Source: Lingula anatina (Eukaryota; Animalia; Brachiopoda). From it: a stretch of DNA of 64,000 nucleotides. Below, piece after piece: positions 25,112 to 39,090 of this stretch. How positions within the stretch are numbered: position 1 is the first letter of the stretch; each line of letters opens with the position of its first letter. The notes beneath the pieces are model-generated. The model saw only the letters and a list, made by a program, of their open reading frames with translations. It was not told the DNA's origin and did not search any database. The translations under genes were made by a program, and so were the position numbers. The DNA lies in the NCBI GenBank assembly GCA_051362555.1, contig CM120645.1, positions 15,996,001 to 16,060,000 on the forward strand. The letters run 5' to 3'.

Positions 25112-28100
25112 AACAAGGCAGCAAAGCTGTCAAATGTACAGACAAAAAACAGAAAATAAAGATGCAAAAAAGGTCATTTTGTCAATTTTGATGCAATTAT
25201 AAATAATGCTTATAATAGCACTGTCAGTCAACACTGAATTTTAATCTTGTACAACAGGTAACATGGTCAATAACAGGAGCGGACCCAGAGATATTTTCTG
25301 ACAGTATTACAAAGTATCTATGTTGATCCATCCTCCATTTTGATGAACTTCCAACAGAAAAAAATAGATACCAGTCAATATAAACTTAATAACCTGACTG
25401 TCTTCCGGAAGACCCAGAAGATGGTCCACCCCTTCAATAAGATTACAGTTTCAGGACCATGAGAGTTCAAATTCACATTATGAAAGTCTCAATATTTGAA
25501 AAATGATGACAGTGCATAAAATAATATTACATAATGTTTAAAGACATAAAAAACAATACAACTGCTTATGTGGAAATACAGAAAATGTGCAGAGCCCCAG
25601 GCAGATGAGAGTTAAAAGTCACAAGTGCAAGTGTTTGAGAAAAAATTATAAAGGAAAACATAACAAAACTAGAAAAGCACTTTGAGAGTGCAGACCTCTG
25701 CCAAGGCAGCAATTGTTGATTATTATTGATAATTGATTGATTATTGTTCCGGACCACCACCAAAAATTAATCATTGTCCTCTTTGGCCCACTTCCGACAG
25801 TTCCTGAAAATTTCTGCAAAATCAGTCCATAACTTTTTGTGTTATGTGGATGACAGACAAACGGGGATGAAAATATAACCTCCTTGGCAGAGCCTGAGGT
25901 AAATATAATTTCAATGAAGATGCTATTCAAACTTTTAATCTTCCAGTTTGATATAAATATATATATTTAAAACTTATTTGCAATATTAAACAAAATTTAC
26001 CTGCATAATTATTACTGCTTCCTTATTATTAATCTAGCAGAGTGCTTTACCTTTGGGAGTTTACAGGGAAATATCAACAAGTGTGCTTTATGTAATCTCA
26101 TTTAATGGCCTATTAAGGCAAATGACTTTATAACTCTGAAATTAATCAAGTGATACCCAAGGGTAATTTACAGACTGACACACTCAAAGGTCTTCAAGCC
26201 CATAAGTCACACTTTAAGAAAAGCACAAAACCATAATGCCCAAAATAGGAGACTACCAATCCTGATGCAATAATACATTATGTTTAACTGCACAGTCAAC
26301 ATCAACTTATGCACAACAGGCAACAACGACGAAAGAAAAAGCATAAGGCTTCAGGCCCATCAGAGTTCAAGTTTATACTTAGAAAGTGCCAGAATGAGAA
26401 AAATGAAAATTTCACACAAAATGGCATAAATTCAATAATAAATGATAACCCAATTGACCTGGCTTTCTAATTTGAACTGCATACCAATTCTAAAAATCAT
26501 ACTTGTAAGTTAAAAATGATAATAAGTAACACAGTTTTCTTTTCATAATGTTTGCAGTAGCAATGCAAAAATATTGTTGTCAATTTTGATGTAACATTAC
26601 ATAATAAACTATAGAATAATTACACCAATTTTTGATTATTGACAATAAATAGCATGGACATGTAGAAAATTTGATTACCATTCGGCTTCATGTCCATGGG
26701 AGCTCCGAGTCCCACAATGAATATGCCAAAAAGATAATGAATATTTCACTCAAATGTATAACTTCCAGAAAAAGAAGCCAATTAGACTGCTTTTCCAACT
26801 CATTCTGCATTTTAGTCCTGTGTTTCTTTTTTAAAGGTTTGACAGTCATAACACGGTTTTCCCATAATGGTCATCATGGCAGCAGCACCAAAAATTGTGT
26901 TTTCTTCTATTTTGATGCAACATTACATAATGCTTAACAGCATAATGACCATCAATTTTTAATAATAGAATATTAGTAACATGGACATTCAGAAAACGTG
27001 ACAAGCAAAGGTCTTCAGGATCATGGAACTTCAAAGTCACACCTTGAAAATTCTAATAAGTGAAAAATTAAATTTTCACAAAAAACTGTTTAACTGCCAG
27101 AAAAAATTACCAAACAGACTGCATTGCCCTCTGAAGCTGTATTTTAGCCCCATGTTTCTTTCCTGTAAGTTTGAAAACAGTAAGTGACATGGTTTTTCTT
27201 AAATGGTCATCATGGGAGCAGTGCCCAAAATAGGGGTTTATTCAAATTTTGATGCAATATTACATAATGTTTAACAGCATAATGACCATCAATTTTTAAT
27301 AATAGAATATTAGTAACATGAACATCAGAAAACGTGACTATCAAAGGGCTGCAGGCTCATGGAACTTCAAAGTCACACCTTGAAAATGCCAATATGTGAA
27401 AAATTAAATTTTCATAAAAAACTGTTTAACTGCCAGAAAAAAATTACCAAACAGCTTGCATTGCCCTCTGAAGTTGTATTTTAGCCCCATGTTTCTTTCC
27501 TGTAAGTTTGAAAACAGTGACATGGTTTTTCTTAAATGGTCATCGTGGGAGCAGTGCCCAAAATAGGGGTTTCTTCAAATTTTGATGCAATATTACATAA
27601 TATTTAACAGCATAATGACCATCAATTTTAATCATAAAATATTAGTATCATGGATATTCAGAAAATGTGACTAGCAAAGGTCTGCAGGCTCATGGAACTT
27701 CAAAGTCACATCTTAAAAATGCCAAAATGTAAACAAGACAGCACTGTTCTGAAATGGGTTTATTTCCATTTTTAACATTTTTTAAGCATAAGACAAAATA
27801 AACAGTTTGTTGCCATTTTTATATGACCAACTAAGAAAATTGATGAGATGGGAAAAATATCAATAGAACAGTGTTAAATGTCCAATTTCCTCCATTCTGA
27901 GATTCTGAAGATAGTAGATGATTGAATCCGACAAACTGCAATGATATGAGTTTATTTCCATTTTTGACACTTTATTACACAATACACGATAACAAGTTTA
28001 CCATCATTTTCACATAATCAATTAATAATGTTGTAAAGATGCAGGAAATATCAAACAAACACTTTTATGTATCTTATTAGTTAAATAATGAGACTGTTAA

Positions 28101-30707
28101 CATGCCTAAGAATTGAATCTGAGGAAATGTGAAAAAACAGCATAACTTCTAAAATAATTGCCCGATTATGCTGATTTTCATACTCAAGCTATGTTTTAGT
28201 AAGATTGACCACTCCTGTGAGTACAATGACAATTGGCCTATCTGTTTTTCTTATATTGTGTTATTAGTGTTGCATATATGCTGAAAAAAATGAAAAAAAA
28301 AGCATAACTTCCATGAAAGTGGCTCTATCATGCTGATTTTCGAACTTGACCTGCATATTATAAATACTCATCAGTTCTGTAAGTTTCAAACCAAAAGGTA
28401 AAACCATTTTCCACTTATCGTGTTATCGGTGCTGCATTTATGCTGAAAAAAGTGAAAAAACAGCATAAATTCCCTAAAAGTGACCCAATCATGCTGATTT
28501 TCGAACTTGACCTGCATATTATAAATATTTATCAGTTCTGTAAGTTTCAAGCCAAAAGGTAAAAAGGTTTTCCACTTATTGTGTTATCGGTGCTGCATAT
28601 ATGCTGAAAAAAATGAAAAAACAGCATAAATTCCCTATAAGTGACCCGATCATGCTGATTTTCGAACTTGACCTGCATATTATAAATATTCATCAGTTCT
28701 GTAAGTTTCAAGCCAAAAGGTAAAACGGTTTTCCACTTATTGTGTTATCAGTGCTGCATATATGCTGAAAAAAGTGAAAAAACAGCATAAATTCCCTATA
28801 AGTGACCCATTCATGCTGATTTTCGAACTTGACCTACGTATTATGAATATTCATCAGTACTGTAAGTTTCAAGCCAAAAGAAAAAACAGTTTTCCACTTA
28901 TCGTGTTATCGGTAAAAGTGCACGGCGACGACGGCGACGACAGACGCAGATGATGGCTATATGTACAGACACATCTGTGTCTGTACATAAAAACAGCATA
29001 AATTCCCTAAAAATGACCCAATCATGCTGATTTTCGAACTTGACCTGCGTATTATGAATATTCATCAGTTCTGTAAGTTTCAAGCCAAAAGATAAAATGG
29101 TTTTCCACTTATCGTGTTATCGGTGTTGCATATATGCTGAAAAAAGTGAAAAAAACAGCATAACTTCCCTAAAAATGACCCGATCATGCTGATTTTCGAA
29201 CTTGACCTGCGGATTATGAATATTCATTAGTTTTGTAAGTTTCAAGCCAAAAAGTAAAATGGTTTTCCACTTATCGTGTTATCGGTGCTGCATATATGCT
29301 GAAAAAAGTGAAAAAAAACAGCATAACTTCCCTAAAAATGACCCGATCATGCTGATTTTCGAACTTGACCTGCGGATTATGAATATTCATTAGTTTTGTA
29401 AGTTTCAAGCCAAAAGATAAAATGGTTTTCCACTTATCGTGTTATCGGTGTTGCATATATGCTGAAAAAAGTGAAAAAAAAACAGCATAAATTCCCTAAA
29501 AATGACCCGATCATGCTGATTTTCAAACTTGACCTGCATATTATGAATATTCATCAGTTCTGTAAGTTTCAAGCCAAAAGCAAAAATGGTTTTCCACTTA
29601 TCGTGTTATCGGTAAAAGTGCACGGCGACGGCGTCGACGGCAACGACAGACGCAGATGACGGCTATATGTACAGACACATCTGTGTCTGTACATAAAAAC
29701 AGCATAAATTCCCTAAAAATGACCCAATCATGCTGATTTTCTAACTTGACCTGCGTATTATGAATATTCATCAGTTCTGTAAGTTTCAAGCCAAAAGATA
29801 AAATGGTTTTCCACTTATCGTGTTATCGGTTTTGCATATATGCTGAAAAAAGTGAAACAAGGCAGCAAAGCTGTCAAATGTACAGACCAAAAACAGAAAA
29901 TAAAGATGCAAAAAAGGTCATTTTGTCAATTTTGATGCAATAATAAATAATGCTTATAATAGCACTGTCAGTCAACACTGAATTTTAATCTTGCACAACA
30001 GGTAACATGGTCAATAACAGGAGCGGACCCAGAGATATTTTCTGACAGTATTACAAAGTATCTATGTTGATCCATCCTCCATTTTGATGGTCTTCCAACA
30101 GAAAAAAATAGATACCAGTCAATATAAACTTAATAACCTTACTGTCTTCCGGAAGACCCAGAAGATGGTCTCAATCCACCCCTTCAATAAGATTACAGTT
30201 TCAGGACCATGAGAGTTCAAATTCACATTATGAAAGTCTCAATATTTGAAAAATGATGACAGTGCATAAAATAATATTACATAATGTTTAAAGACATAAA
30301 AAACAATACAACTGCTTATGTAGAAATACAGAAAATGTGCAGAGCCCCAGGCAGATGAGAGTCTGCCTGGGGCTAAAAGTCACAAATGCAAGTGTTTGAG
30401 AAAAAATTATAAAGAAAAACAACAAAACTAGAAAAGCACTTTGAGAGTGCAGACCTCTGCCAAGGCAGCAATTGTTGATTATTATTGATAATTGATTGAT
30501 TATTGATCCGGACCACCACCAAAAATTAATCATTGTCCTCTTTGGCCCACTTCCGACAGTTCCTGAAAATTTCTGCAAAATCAGTCCATAACTTTTTGTG
30601 TTATGTGGATGACAGACAAACAGGGGTGAAAATATAACCTCCTTGGCAGAGCTTGAGGTAAATATAATTCCAATGAAGCTGCTATTCAAACTTTTAATCT
30701 TCCAGTT

Positions 30708-30756
<49 letters not shown>

Positions 30757-33700
30757 AAACTTATTTGCAATATTAAACAAAATTTACCTGCATAATTATC
30801 ACTGCTTCCTTATTATTAATCTAGCAAAGAGCTTTACCTTTGGGAGTTTACAGGGAAATATCAACAAGTGTGCTTTACGTAATCTCATTTAATGGCCTAT
30901 AAAGCAAATGACTTTATAACTCTGAAAATAATCTAGTGATACCCAAGGGTAATTTACAGACTGACCCACTCAAAGGTCTTCAGGCCCATAAGTCACACCT
31001 TAAGAAAAGCACAAAACCATAATGCCCAAAATAGGAGAATACCAATCCTGATGCAATAATACATTATGTTTAACTGCACAGTCAACATCAACTTATGCAC
31101 AACAGGTAACACAGACGAAAGTAAAAGCATAAGGCTTCAGGCCCATCAGAGTTCAAGTTTATACTTAGAAAGTGCCAGATTGAGAAAAATGAAAATTTCA
31201 CAAAAAATGCATAAATACAATAAACATGATAATCCAATAGAGCTGGTTTTCTCATGAGCTGAAGGCCAATCCTAAAAATCGTACTTGTAAGTTTAAAATT
31301 ATAATAAGTAGCACAGTTTTCTTTTCATAATGTTTGCAGTAGCAGTGCGAAAAGATTGTCAATTTTGATGTGACATTACATAATAAATTAGAGAATAATT
31401 ATCACCAATTTTTGTTTATTGACTATAAATAGGATGGACATGTAGAAAATATGATTACCATTTGGCTTCATGTCCATGGGAGCTCCGAGTCCCACAATGA
31501 ATATGCCAACAAAGATAATGAATATAACACTAAAATGTATAACTTCCAGAAAAAGAAGCCAATTAGACTGCTTTTCTAACTCAGGCTGCATTTTAGTCCT
31601 GTGTTTCTTTTTTGAAAGTTTGACAGTCATAAGTAACACGGTTTTTCCATAATGGTCATCAAGGCAGCAGCACCAAAAATTGTGTTTTCTTCTATTTTGA
31701 TGCAACATTACATAATGCTTAACAGCATAATGACCATCGATTTTTAATAATAAAATATAAGTGTCATGGATTTTCACAAAATGTGACTAGCACGGGCCTT
31801 CAAGCCCGTGGAGGTTCTAAGTCGCACCTTGGAAATGTCAATATGTGAAAAATTAAATTTTCACAAAAAACTGTTTAATTGCCAGAAAAATTTACCAAAC
31901 AGACTGCATTGCCTACTGAAGCTGTATTTTAGACCCATGTTTCTTTCCTGTAAGTTTGAGAACAGTAATTGACATGATTTTTGTTAAATGGTCATCATGG
32001 GAGCAGTGCCCAAAATAGGGGTTTCTTCAAATTTTGATGCAACATTACATAATGTTTAACAGCATAATGACCATCAATTTTTAATTATAAAATATTAGTA
32101 TCACGGATATTCAGGAAATGTGACAAGCAAAGGTCGTCAGGATCATGGAACTTCAAAGTCACACCTTGAAAATGCCAATAAGTGAAAAATTAAATTTTCA
32201 CAAAAAACTGTTTAATTGCCAGAAAAATTTACCAAACAGACTGCATTGCCTACTGGAGCTGTATTTTAGTCCCATGTTTCTTTCCTGTAAGTTTGAGAAC
32301 AGTAAGTGACATGATTTTCCTTAAATGGTCATCTTGGGAGCAGTGCCCAAAATAGGGGTTTCTTCAAATTTTCATGCAATATTACATAATGTTTTACAGC
32401 ATAATGACCATCAATTTTTAATTATAAAATATTAGTATCATGGTTATTCAGAAAATGTGACTAGCAAAAGCCTTCAGGCCCATGGAACTTCAAAGTCACA
32501 TATTGAAAATGCCAAAATGTAAACAATACAGCACTGTTCTGAAATGGGTTTATTTCCATTTTTAACACTTTTTAAACATAAAACAAAATAAACAGTTTAC
32601 TGCCATTTTTATATGACCAATGAAGAAAATTGATGAGATGGGAAAAGTATCAATAGAACAGTTTTAAATGCCCAACTTCCTCCATTCTGAGATTCTGAAC
32701 ATAGTGGATGAATGCATCTGACAAACTGCAATGATATGAGTTTATTTCCATTTTTGACACTTTATTACACAATACATGATAACAAGTTTACCATCATTTT
32801 TACAAAATCAACTAACAATGTTGTAAAGATGCAGGAAATGCCAAACAAACACATTTACGTATCTTATTAGTTCAATAATGAGACTGTTAACATGCCTAAG
32901 AATTGAATGTGAGGAAATGTGAAAAAACAGCATTACCTTTTAAAATAATGGACTGATTATGCTGATTTTCAAACTCAACCTGCGTTTTAGTAAGATTGGC
33001 CCCTCCTGTGAGTATAATGACAATTGGCCAATCTGTTTTTCTTATATTGTGTTATCAGTGTTGCATATATACTGAAAAAAGTGAAAAAAAAACAGCATAA
33101 ATTCCCTATAAGTGACCCGATCGTGCTGATTTTCAAACTTGACCTGCGTATTATGAATATTTATCAGTTCTGTAAGTTTCAAGCCAAAGGGTAAAACAGC
33201 TCTTCATTTATTGTGTTATCAGTGTTGCAAAAATGCTGAAAAAAAGTGAAAAAATAGCCTAAATTCACTAAAAATGACCCAATCATGCTGATTTTCGAAC
33301 TTGACCTGCGTATTATGAATATTCATCAGTTCTGTAGGTTTCAAGCCAAAAGGTCAAATGGTTTTCCATTTATGGTGTTATCGGTGCTGCATATATGCTG
33401 AAAAAAGAGAAAAAATAGCCTAAATTCACTAAAAATGACCCAATCACGCTGATTTTCGAACTTGACCTGCGTATTATGAATATTCATCAGTTCTGTAAGT
33501 TTCAAGCCAAAAGGTAAAATGGTTTTCCACTTATCGTGTTATCGGTGCTGCATATATGCTGAAAAAAGTGAAAAAACAGCATAAATTCCCTATAAGTGAC
33601 CCGATCATGCTGATTTTCGAACTCGACCTGCGTATTATGAATATTCATCAGTACTGTAAGTTTCAAGCCAAAAATGGTTTTCCACTTATCGTGTTATCGG

Positions 33701-33796
33701 TAAAAGTGCACGACGGCGACGACGGCACCGACGGCGACGATGACAGACGCAGATGATGGCTATATGTACAGACACATCTGTGTCTGTACATAAAAA
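25112..33796 (+). mobile_element. Head-to-tail multimer of the large Helentron-type element (about 8.7 kb)
   Basis: acaaggcagc-type ends at 25112 and 29856; hairpin ends at about 28992, 29699 and 33796; same insertion site as 10412-15150; small HINE nested at 25666-25902 and 30425-30661. Confidence 0.8.
28279..29856 (+). repeat. About 161-bp satellite-like tandem array inside the Helentron-type element
   Basis: Unit tgctgaaaaaagtgaaaaaacagcataaattccc...atcatgctgattttcgaacttgacctgc...ccacttatcgtgttatcgg recurs at about 28279, 28441, 28602, 28763, 29135, 29297 and 29460; also at 14600-15060, 16255-16740, 33070-33700 and 34350-34680. Confidence 0.9.
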
Positions 33797-34308
33797 TAAA
33801 GCTCTGTAAGTCTCTGTAAGTAAGCTAGTGTCTTAAGTCTTTGAGATGATGCCCAAATCTTATCTGGCTGCACTTCCATTAAGCAAAGTTTTTATGGTTG
33901 ATTTTTATATAGCTGATGACAGCAATTAAAAGAAAAATGACTTTCGTAAAGATATATTAAAATTTATTTCCAAAGAGAAAAATACTCTGTTAAAAAATCA
34001 AGAACTTTTTTTCTTAATTGAATAGTTAACCTAAGCTAGGCTACTACTGTACGTCACAGTGGTTGATTTTTATATAGCTGATAACAGCAATTAAAAGAAA
34101 AATGACTTTCGTAAAGATATATTAAAATTTATTTCCAAAGAGAAAAATACTCTGCTAAAAAATCAAGAACTTTTTTTCTTAATTGAATAGTTAACCTAAG
34201 CTAGGCTACTACTGTACGTCACAGTGGCTACAAAAAGGCTTTTTTCACGTAACCTTACACATATTACCTTCAAATTATTTTTTAAAAATCCTACATCACT
34301 TTTTAATT

Positions 34309-35968
34309 CTGCGTCTGTCGTCGCTGTCGTCGCCGTCGTCGCCGTGCACTTTTACCGATAACACGATAAGTGGAAAACCATTTTACCTTTTGACTTGAAA
34401 CTTGCAGAACTGATGAATATTCATAATACGCAGGTCAAGTTCGAAAATCAGCATGATCGGGTCACTTTTAGGGAATTTATGCTGTTTTTTCACTTTTTTC
34501 AGCATATATGCAGCACCGATAACACGATAAGTGGAAAACCATTTTACCTTTTGACTTGAAACTTACAGAACTGATGAATATTCATAATACGCAGGTCAAG
34601 TTCGAAAATCAGCATGATTGGGCCATTTTTAGGGAATTTATGCTGTTTTTTCACTATTTTCAATATAAATACAACACTGATAACACAATATAAGAAAAAC
34701 GGATTGGCCAATTGTAATCATACTCACAGGAGTGGTCAATCTTACTAAAACGCAGGTTGAGTTCGAAAATCAGCATAATCAGGCCATTATTTTAGAAGTT
34801 ATACTGTTTTTCACATTTCCTCAGATTCAATTATTAGGCATGTTAACAGTCTCATTATTTAACTAATAAGATGCCTAAAAGTGTTTGTTTGATATTTCCT
34901 GCATCTTTACAACATTGTTAGTTGATTATGTAAAAAACATGGTAAACTTGTTATCATGTATTGTGTAATTAAGTGTCAAAAATGGAAATAAACTCATATC
35001 ATTGCAGTTTGTCAGATTCAATCATCCACTATGTTCAGAATCTCAGAATGGAGGAAATTGGACATTTAACACTGTTCTATTGATACTTTTCCCATCTCAT
35101 CAATTTTCTTAGTTGGTCATATAAAATGGCAGTAAAATGTTTATTTTGTTTTATGTTAAAAAAGTGTTAAAAATGGAAATAAACCCATTTCAGAACAGTG
35201 CTGTCTTGTTTACAATTTGGCATTTTCAAGGCGTGACTTTGAAGTTCCATGGGCCTGAAGACCTTTGCTAGTCACATTTTCTGAATATCTGTGAAACAAA
35301 TATTTTATAATTAAAAATTGATGGTCATTAAGCTGTTAAACATTATGTAATATTGCATCAAAATTTGAAGAAACCCCTATTTTGGGCACTGCTTCCATGA
35401 TGACCATTTAAGGAAAATCATGTCACTTACTGTTCTCAAACTTACAGGAAAGAAACATGGGACTAAAATACAGCTTCAGTAGGCAATGCAGTCTGTTTGG
35501 TATTTTTATTTATGTATTTATTTATTTATCTGGCAGTTAAACAGTTTTTTGTGAAAATTTAATTTTTCACATATTGGCATTTTCAAGGTGTGACTTTAAA
35601 GTTCCATGATCTTGAAGACTTTTGCTTGTCACATTTTCTGAATGACCATGTTACTAATATTTTATTAATAACATTTGATTGTCATTATGCTGTTAAACAT
35701 TATGTAATGTTGCATCAAAATTTGGAGAAACCCCTATTTTGGGCACTGCTCCTATGATGACCATTTAAGGGAAATCATGTCACTTACTGTTCTCAAACTT
35801 ACAGGAAAGAAACATGGGTCTAACATACAGCTTCAATAGGCAACGCAGTCTGTTTGGTAAATTTTTCTGGCAATTTAACAGTTTTTTGTGAAAATTTAAT
35901 TTTTCACTTATTTGCATCTTTATTTTCTGTTCTTTGTCTGTACATTTGACAGCTTTGCTGCCTTGTTT
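34309..35968 (-). mobile_element. Large Helentron-type element, inverted copy lacking its terminal hairpin
   Basis: Paralog of 16171-19150 without the piggyBac insertion; a small deletion removes the hairpin and adjacent flank. Confidence 0.8.
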
Positions 35969-38655
35969 AAAGATTGTTTTGGAAGTTGATAGTTAGCCTA
36001 TTACTACCTGAATAATCATAATAGGGTCCATTTCACAGATATTTGGACCAATCACCCTGGGGAGTCTCACTAAATTGCTATCAACTTGACCGGCTTAAAT
36101 GTCTGTCACGCCTAGTAAAGCTGTTAGGGGTAATTATCTTTACCACATAGCTGATTCGGTACGTGTGACAGACATTTAAGCCAGTTAGTTTACAGCAATT
36201 TGGTGAGACGTCCTAAGGTTGGATCAATCCAGATGAATCGATCTAGGCAAGGGAATCCAGTCTTAGTGAAAAAAAAAAAAAAAAAAATACAGCAAATGCT
36301 GCACTAAGCTTTGTCTGAGTGGGACACTTTGTAGCTAGAGAATCTTTTCAACTTTTGGATAAATTCCAGTTTGGTAATGCTCTGAAGTTACAGCTTCAAT
36401 CCTGTCGGAAAAATTGTCTAAAAATTGTCACCTGAGTAATAATGTGTCAAGTTATGTAGAGCATGCTGTATCACACTACCACTAAAATAAATAAGTAAAT
36501 AAATAAATTAAATAAATACAGAAAGAAACAAAGAAATAAATAAAGAACAGGCAAACACACATGCAAAGTCATTTTGTTCTATCAGCTTTGGAACAGTGAC
36601 CACCATTGGAGGCAATTACTGTCATACATATTAATTCAAAACTGTTTACGGTGACATTTATGCATTAAGTGCTCTAAGGCAGTAGTAATCTTCACCTTCT
36701 CTAGTTTTATTACAAAATAATTAAATCTTTTCCAATCTCATTAATGTCATGCTGCCCCCCACCCCCCCCTTTCTCACTCTTTCATAGTCCAAAATCTCTC
36801 AATTTTCAGAAATTGCATTTACAAACAAGGCTACATGCAAGTTTGGCTGACACCATGTATCAGGTAGATTGTAAATATTCTTATCAAGCCTTGAGAGACA
36901 CATAATATACTATAATATACTTAGTATACACATAGAAAACACAGGAAATAACTGTTTCAGTTATCTTCTCAGCATCTATTTCCCTTTACTACATATACTA
37001 CTTGTACTAAATGTCATTGATTCAGACACGAATTACAGCATACAAAAACAGGAGAAGAAACACACGTACAAGGAACAACTGGCAAGATTAACCTTTTTAT
37101 ATTGAGCAATCATAATATCTCACTGGCACACATTATAGTAATATCAGAACTCATTCATTAATTCAGTTACAATAAAAAATATAAAAGGTCCACACTCAGA
37201 TTATTTAAAGGTCTTAACTTGTAATTGTAACCAAAATATGAGGTAGTTATAAATGCAGTAGACTCCACGCAGTAGACTTCTTTTAAATAATGTACAAAAG
37301 AAAAAAGTTCCATGCACATGTAATAAGCCCTCAAAAATAAAATAATATAATGATGTCTTTTTTCTAATGGGATTTTGAGAGCATATATGCCATAAGCTTG
37401 ATAATTTATATGCTGTGTAATATGTACATGTAGATGTGCATACTTTTCCATAGTGGAGTTCCCCTTTGCCAAATTTAATCCTTACTAGGGGTTGGATCAT
37501 AAATACATAGAATACTTGACCAGGTATATATAATTGTAATGCACTTAATATTAAAATTCAGAATAAATAAATACTTAATTTTAATTCAATATTTTTCATT
37601 TAAAAATGATCGACTGGTAAAACTGCCCTCGTTCCAGTGTTCATATTCTGCAGAACTCTAAAACGAGGCCGTGTCAGTAATATCTATAAAGGGCAAGCTT
37701 CAACAAGACTCATCACAAAAAGCTTCAAGCTGAACAAGGTGTCGGTAAAGAATTATCAAATGTAAATAATATCATTCTTCTTTAATATGTGCCACTTAAA
37801 AATAACTAACAAAATGCATTTATGCACATCGAAGCATGCAAGAAGATAACTTTCTTGAGAAGCCATTTTGTTTATCAATAGGTATATATCTGTACTCGAT
37901 AAAAATTGTATCAGTACCTGTAAGATTTGACAAGTAAAAAGACACAGTCTGGCATCTTCTATTTTTTTAAACTGCAACCTAAATATATATGAATACTGGA
38001 TGCTTGCTGAATAAAAGGAACAGTAAGAAATTAAGTCAATCCCAAAGGCCAAGGTTAAACAACTATACTTTTCTACACACATGTAACTTTTTGCTCACTT
38101 CACGGTTTTCATTCTAGGTGATCATAAATAAATTCAGAGTTGACCTCTGAAACTCCTCTACATGGCAACAGGTAAAGCCATTGATCTTGGTATGATAAAC
38201 AATTTAAATGTCCTAGAAAATCCTGGTTGCTGGATCGTACATGTACTCCTTATAATTTTTAATTATACAGATGGTACAATAACAGCTGTGATATCATCAG
38301 CAGCAGAGGTTCTCTTCTCTTCAGAGACTAGTTATGATCAAGATTTGCTTAAACTTCAGACTTTGTCATCCCATTTGCATGATTTGTGAAAATGAAATTT
38401 TACCCCTTGTTCATAAATGTCACTGTAATTCTCACAGAATTCACTTTCTGGCAAATTTTCAAAAAGGAACGAATGGTGGGTGCATCGATCATCTCTCAAT
38501 ATCTGGTTAAAATACCTCCTTAGCTCATTTGGTTACTTAATAATTATTCAAAATAATGATTGTTCCTTACTTTGTTGGTGGAGTGTGTTATTATCATATT
38601 TTTGGCTTATTTCATTTCAAGTCCTTTGAATATAATCAGACACAATTTCATGTAG

Positions 38656-39090
38656 GCACTGGTGAAGGGATTGCTCACAAAACCAAAGATCAGAATGCTG
38701 AGCAAAAGGCCTGGAACTCAACAACTGATTCCAATAAGAGAACAGCACAGGCAGAAGGAAGAGACAGACTAGAGGATTCACAAAGTGGAAAACCTGCTAC
38801 CTCAACCGCAAAGCATACAGGTGTTTTGATGTGTGGAAATGCATCCCACCACCACATCAAATATGTCCGCCGACCTCCAATAGAGGAAATGAATGAGCTC
38901 AAACCACTGAAACCAACTTGGAATCCGGAACATAGATTTAACAATATACAAGCAAGCGATGATATGGATTTTTTTAATCTTTTGCCTTTTTGTTAAAAGT
39001 ATAATATTGGGATCAGACAAAATGTCATGCAGGAGGAAGAGTCAACCCTTTAGAAACTATTTGAAGAATTCATTATCACTAGCTGTGCCT
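38656..39090 (+). pseudogene. Probable decayed piggyBac-type transposase 5' fragment preceded by a splice acceptor
   Basis: 113-codon open frame (including stop) after ttcatgtag ending ...KPTWNPEHRFNNIQASDDMDFFNLL; with frameshifts it continues SIIL-DQTKCHA...STL*KLFEEFI, resembling the 'FF.LF....I..ETN.YA...T..EL..F' N-terminal motif of piggyBac transposases (recognised by eye). Confidence 0.35.

Larger units (their letters stand above)
2630..36967. repeat. Tandem segmental-duplication array (core unit about 4 kb; units about 2630-8070, 8070-20860, 20860-22098 internally deleted, 23161-36967)
   Basis: Collinear near-identical blocks: 2630-3990 ~ 8070-9400 ~ 20860-21690 (partial); 5355-6361 ~ 9413-10411 ~ 23825-25111; 6361-8070 ~ 15816-16170+19151-20860 ~ 33797-34308+35969-36967 (partial); identical spurious ORFs recur in the ORF track. 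Confidence 0.9.

Noticed and set aside
28279-29856. Possible CRISPR-like array
   Set aside because: Whole units repeat with no unique spacers, there are no cas genes, and the context is eukaryotic
14913-33756. Recurrent ORFs MLKKVKKQH...DDRRR (14913, 28762, 29459, 33556) as a small-protein family
   Set aside because: They are translations of the 161-bp satellite unit plus the terminal microsatellite of a non-autonomous element; neighbouring units have stops and frameshifts
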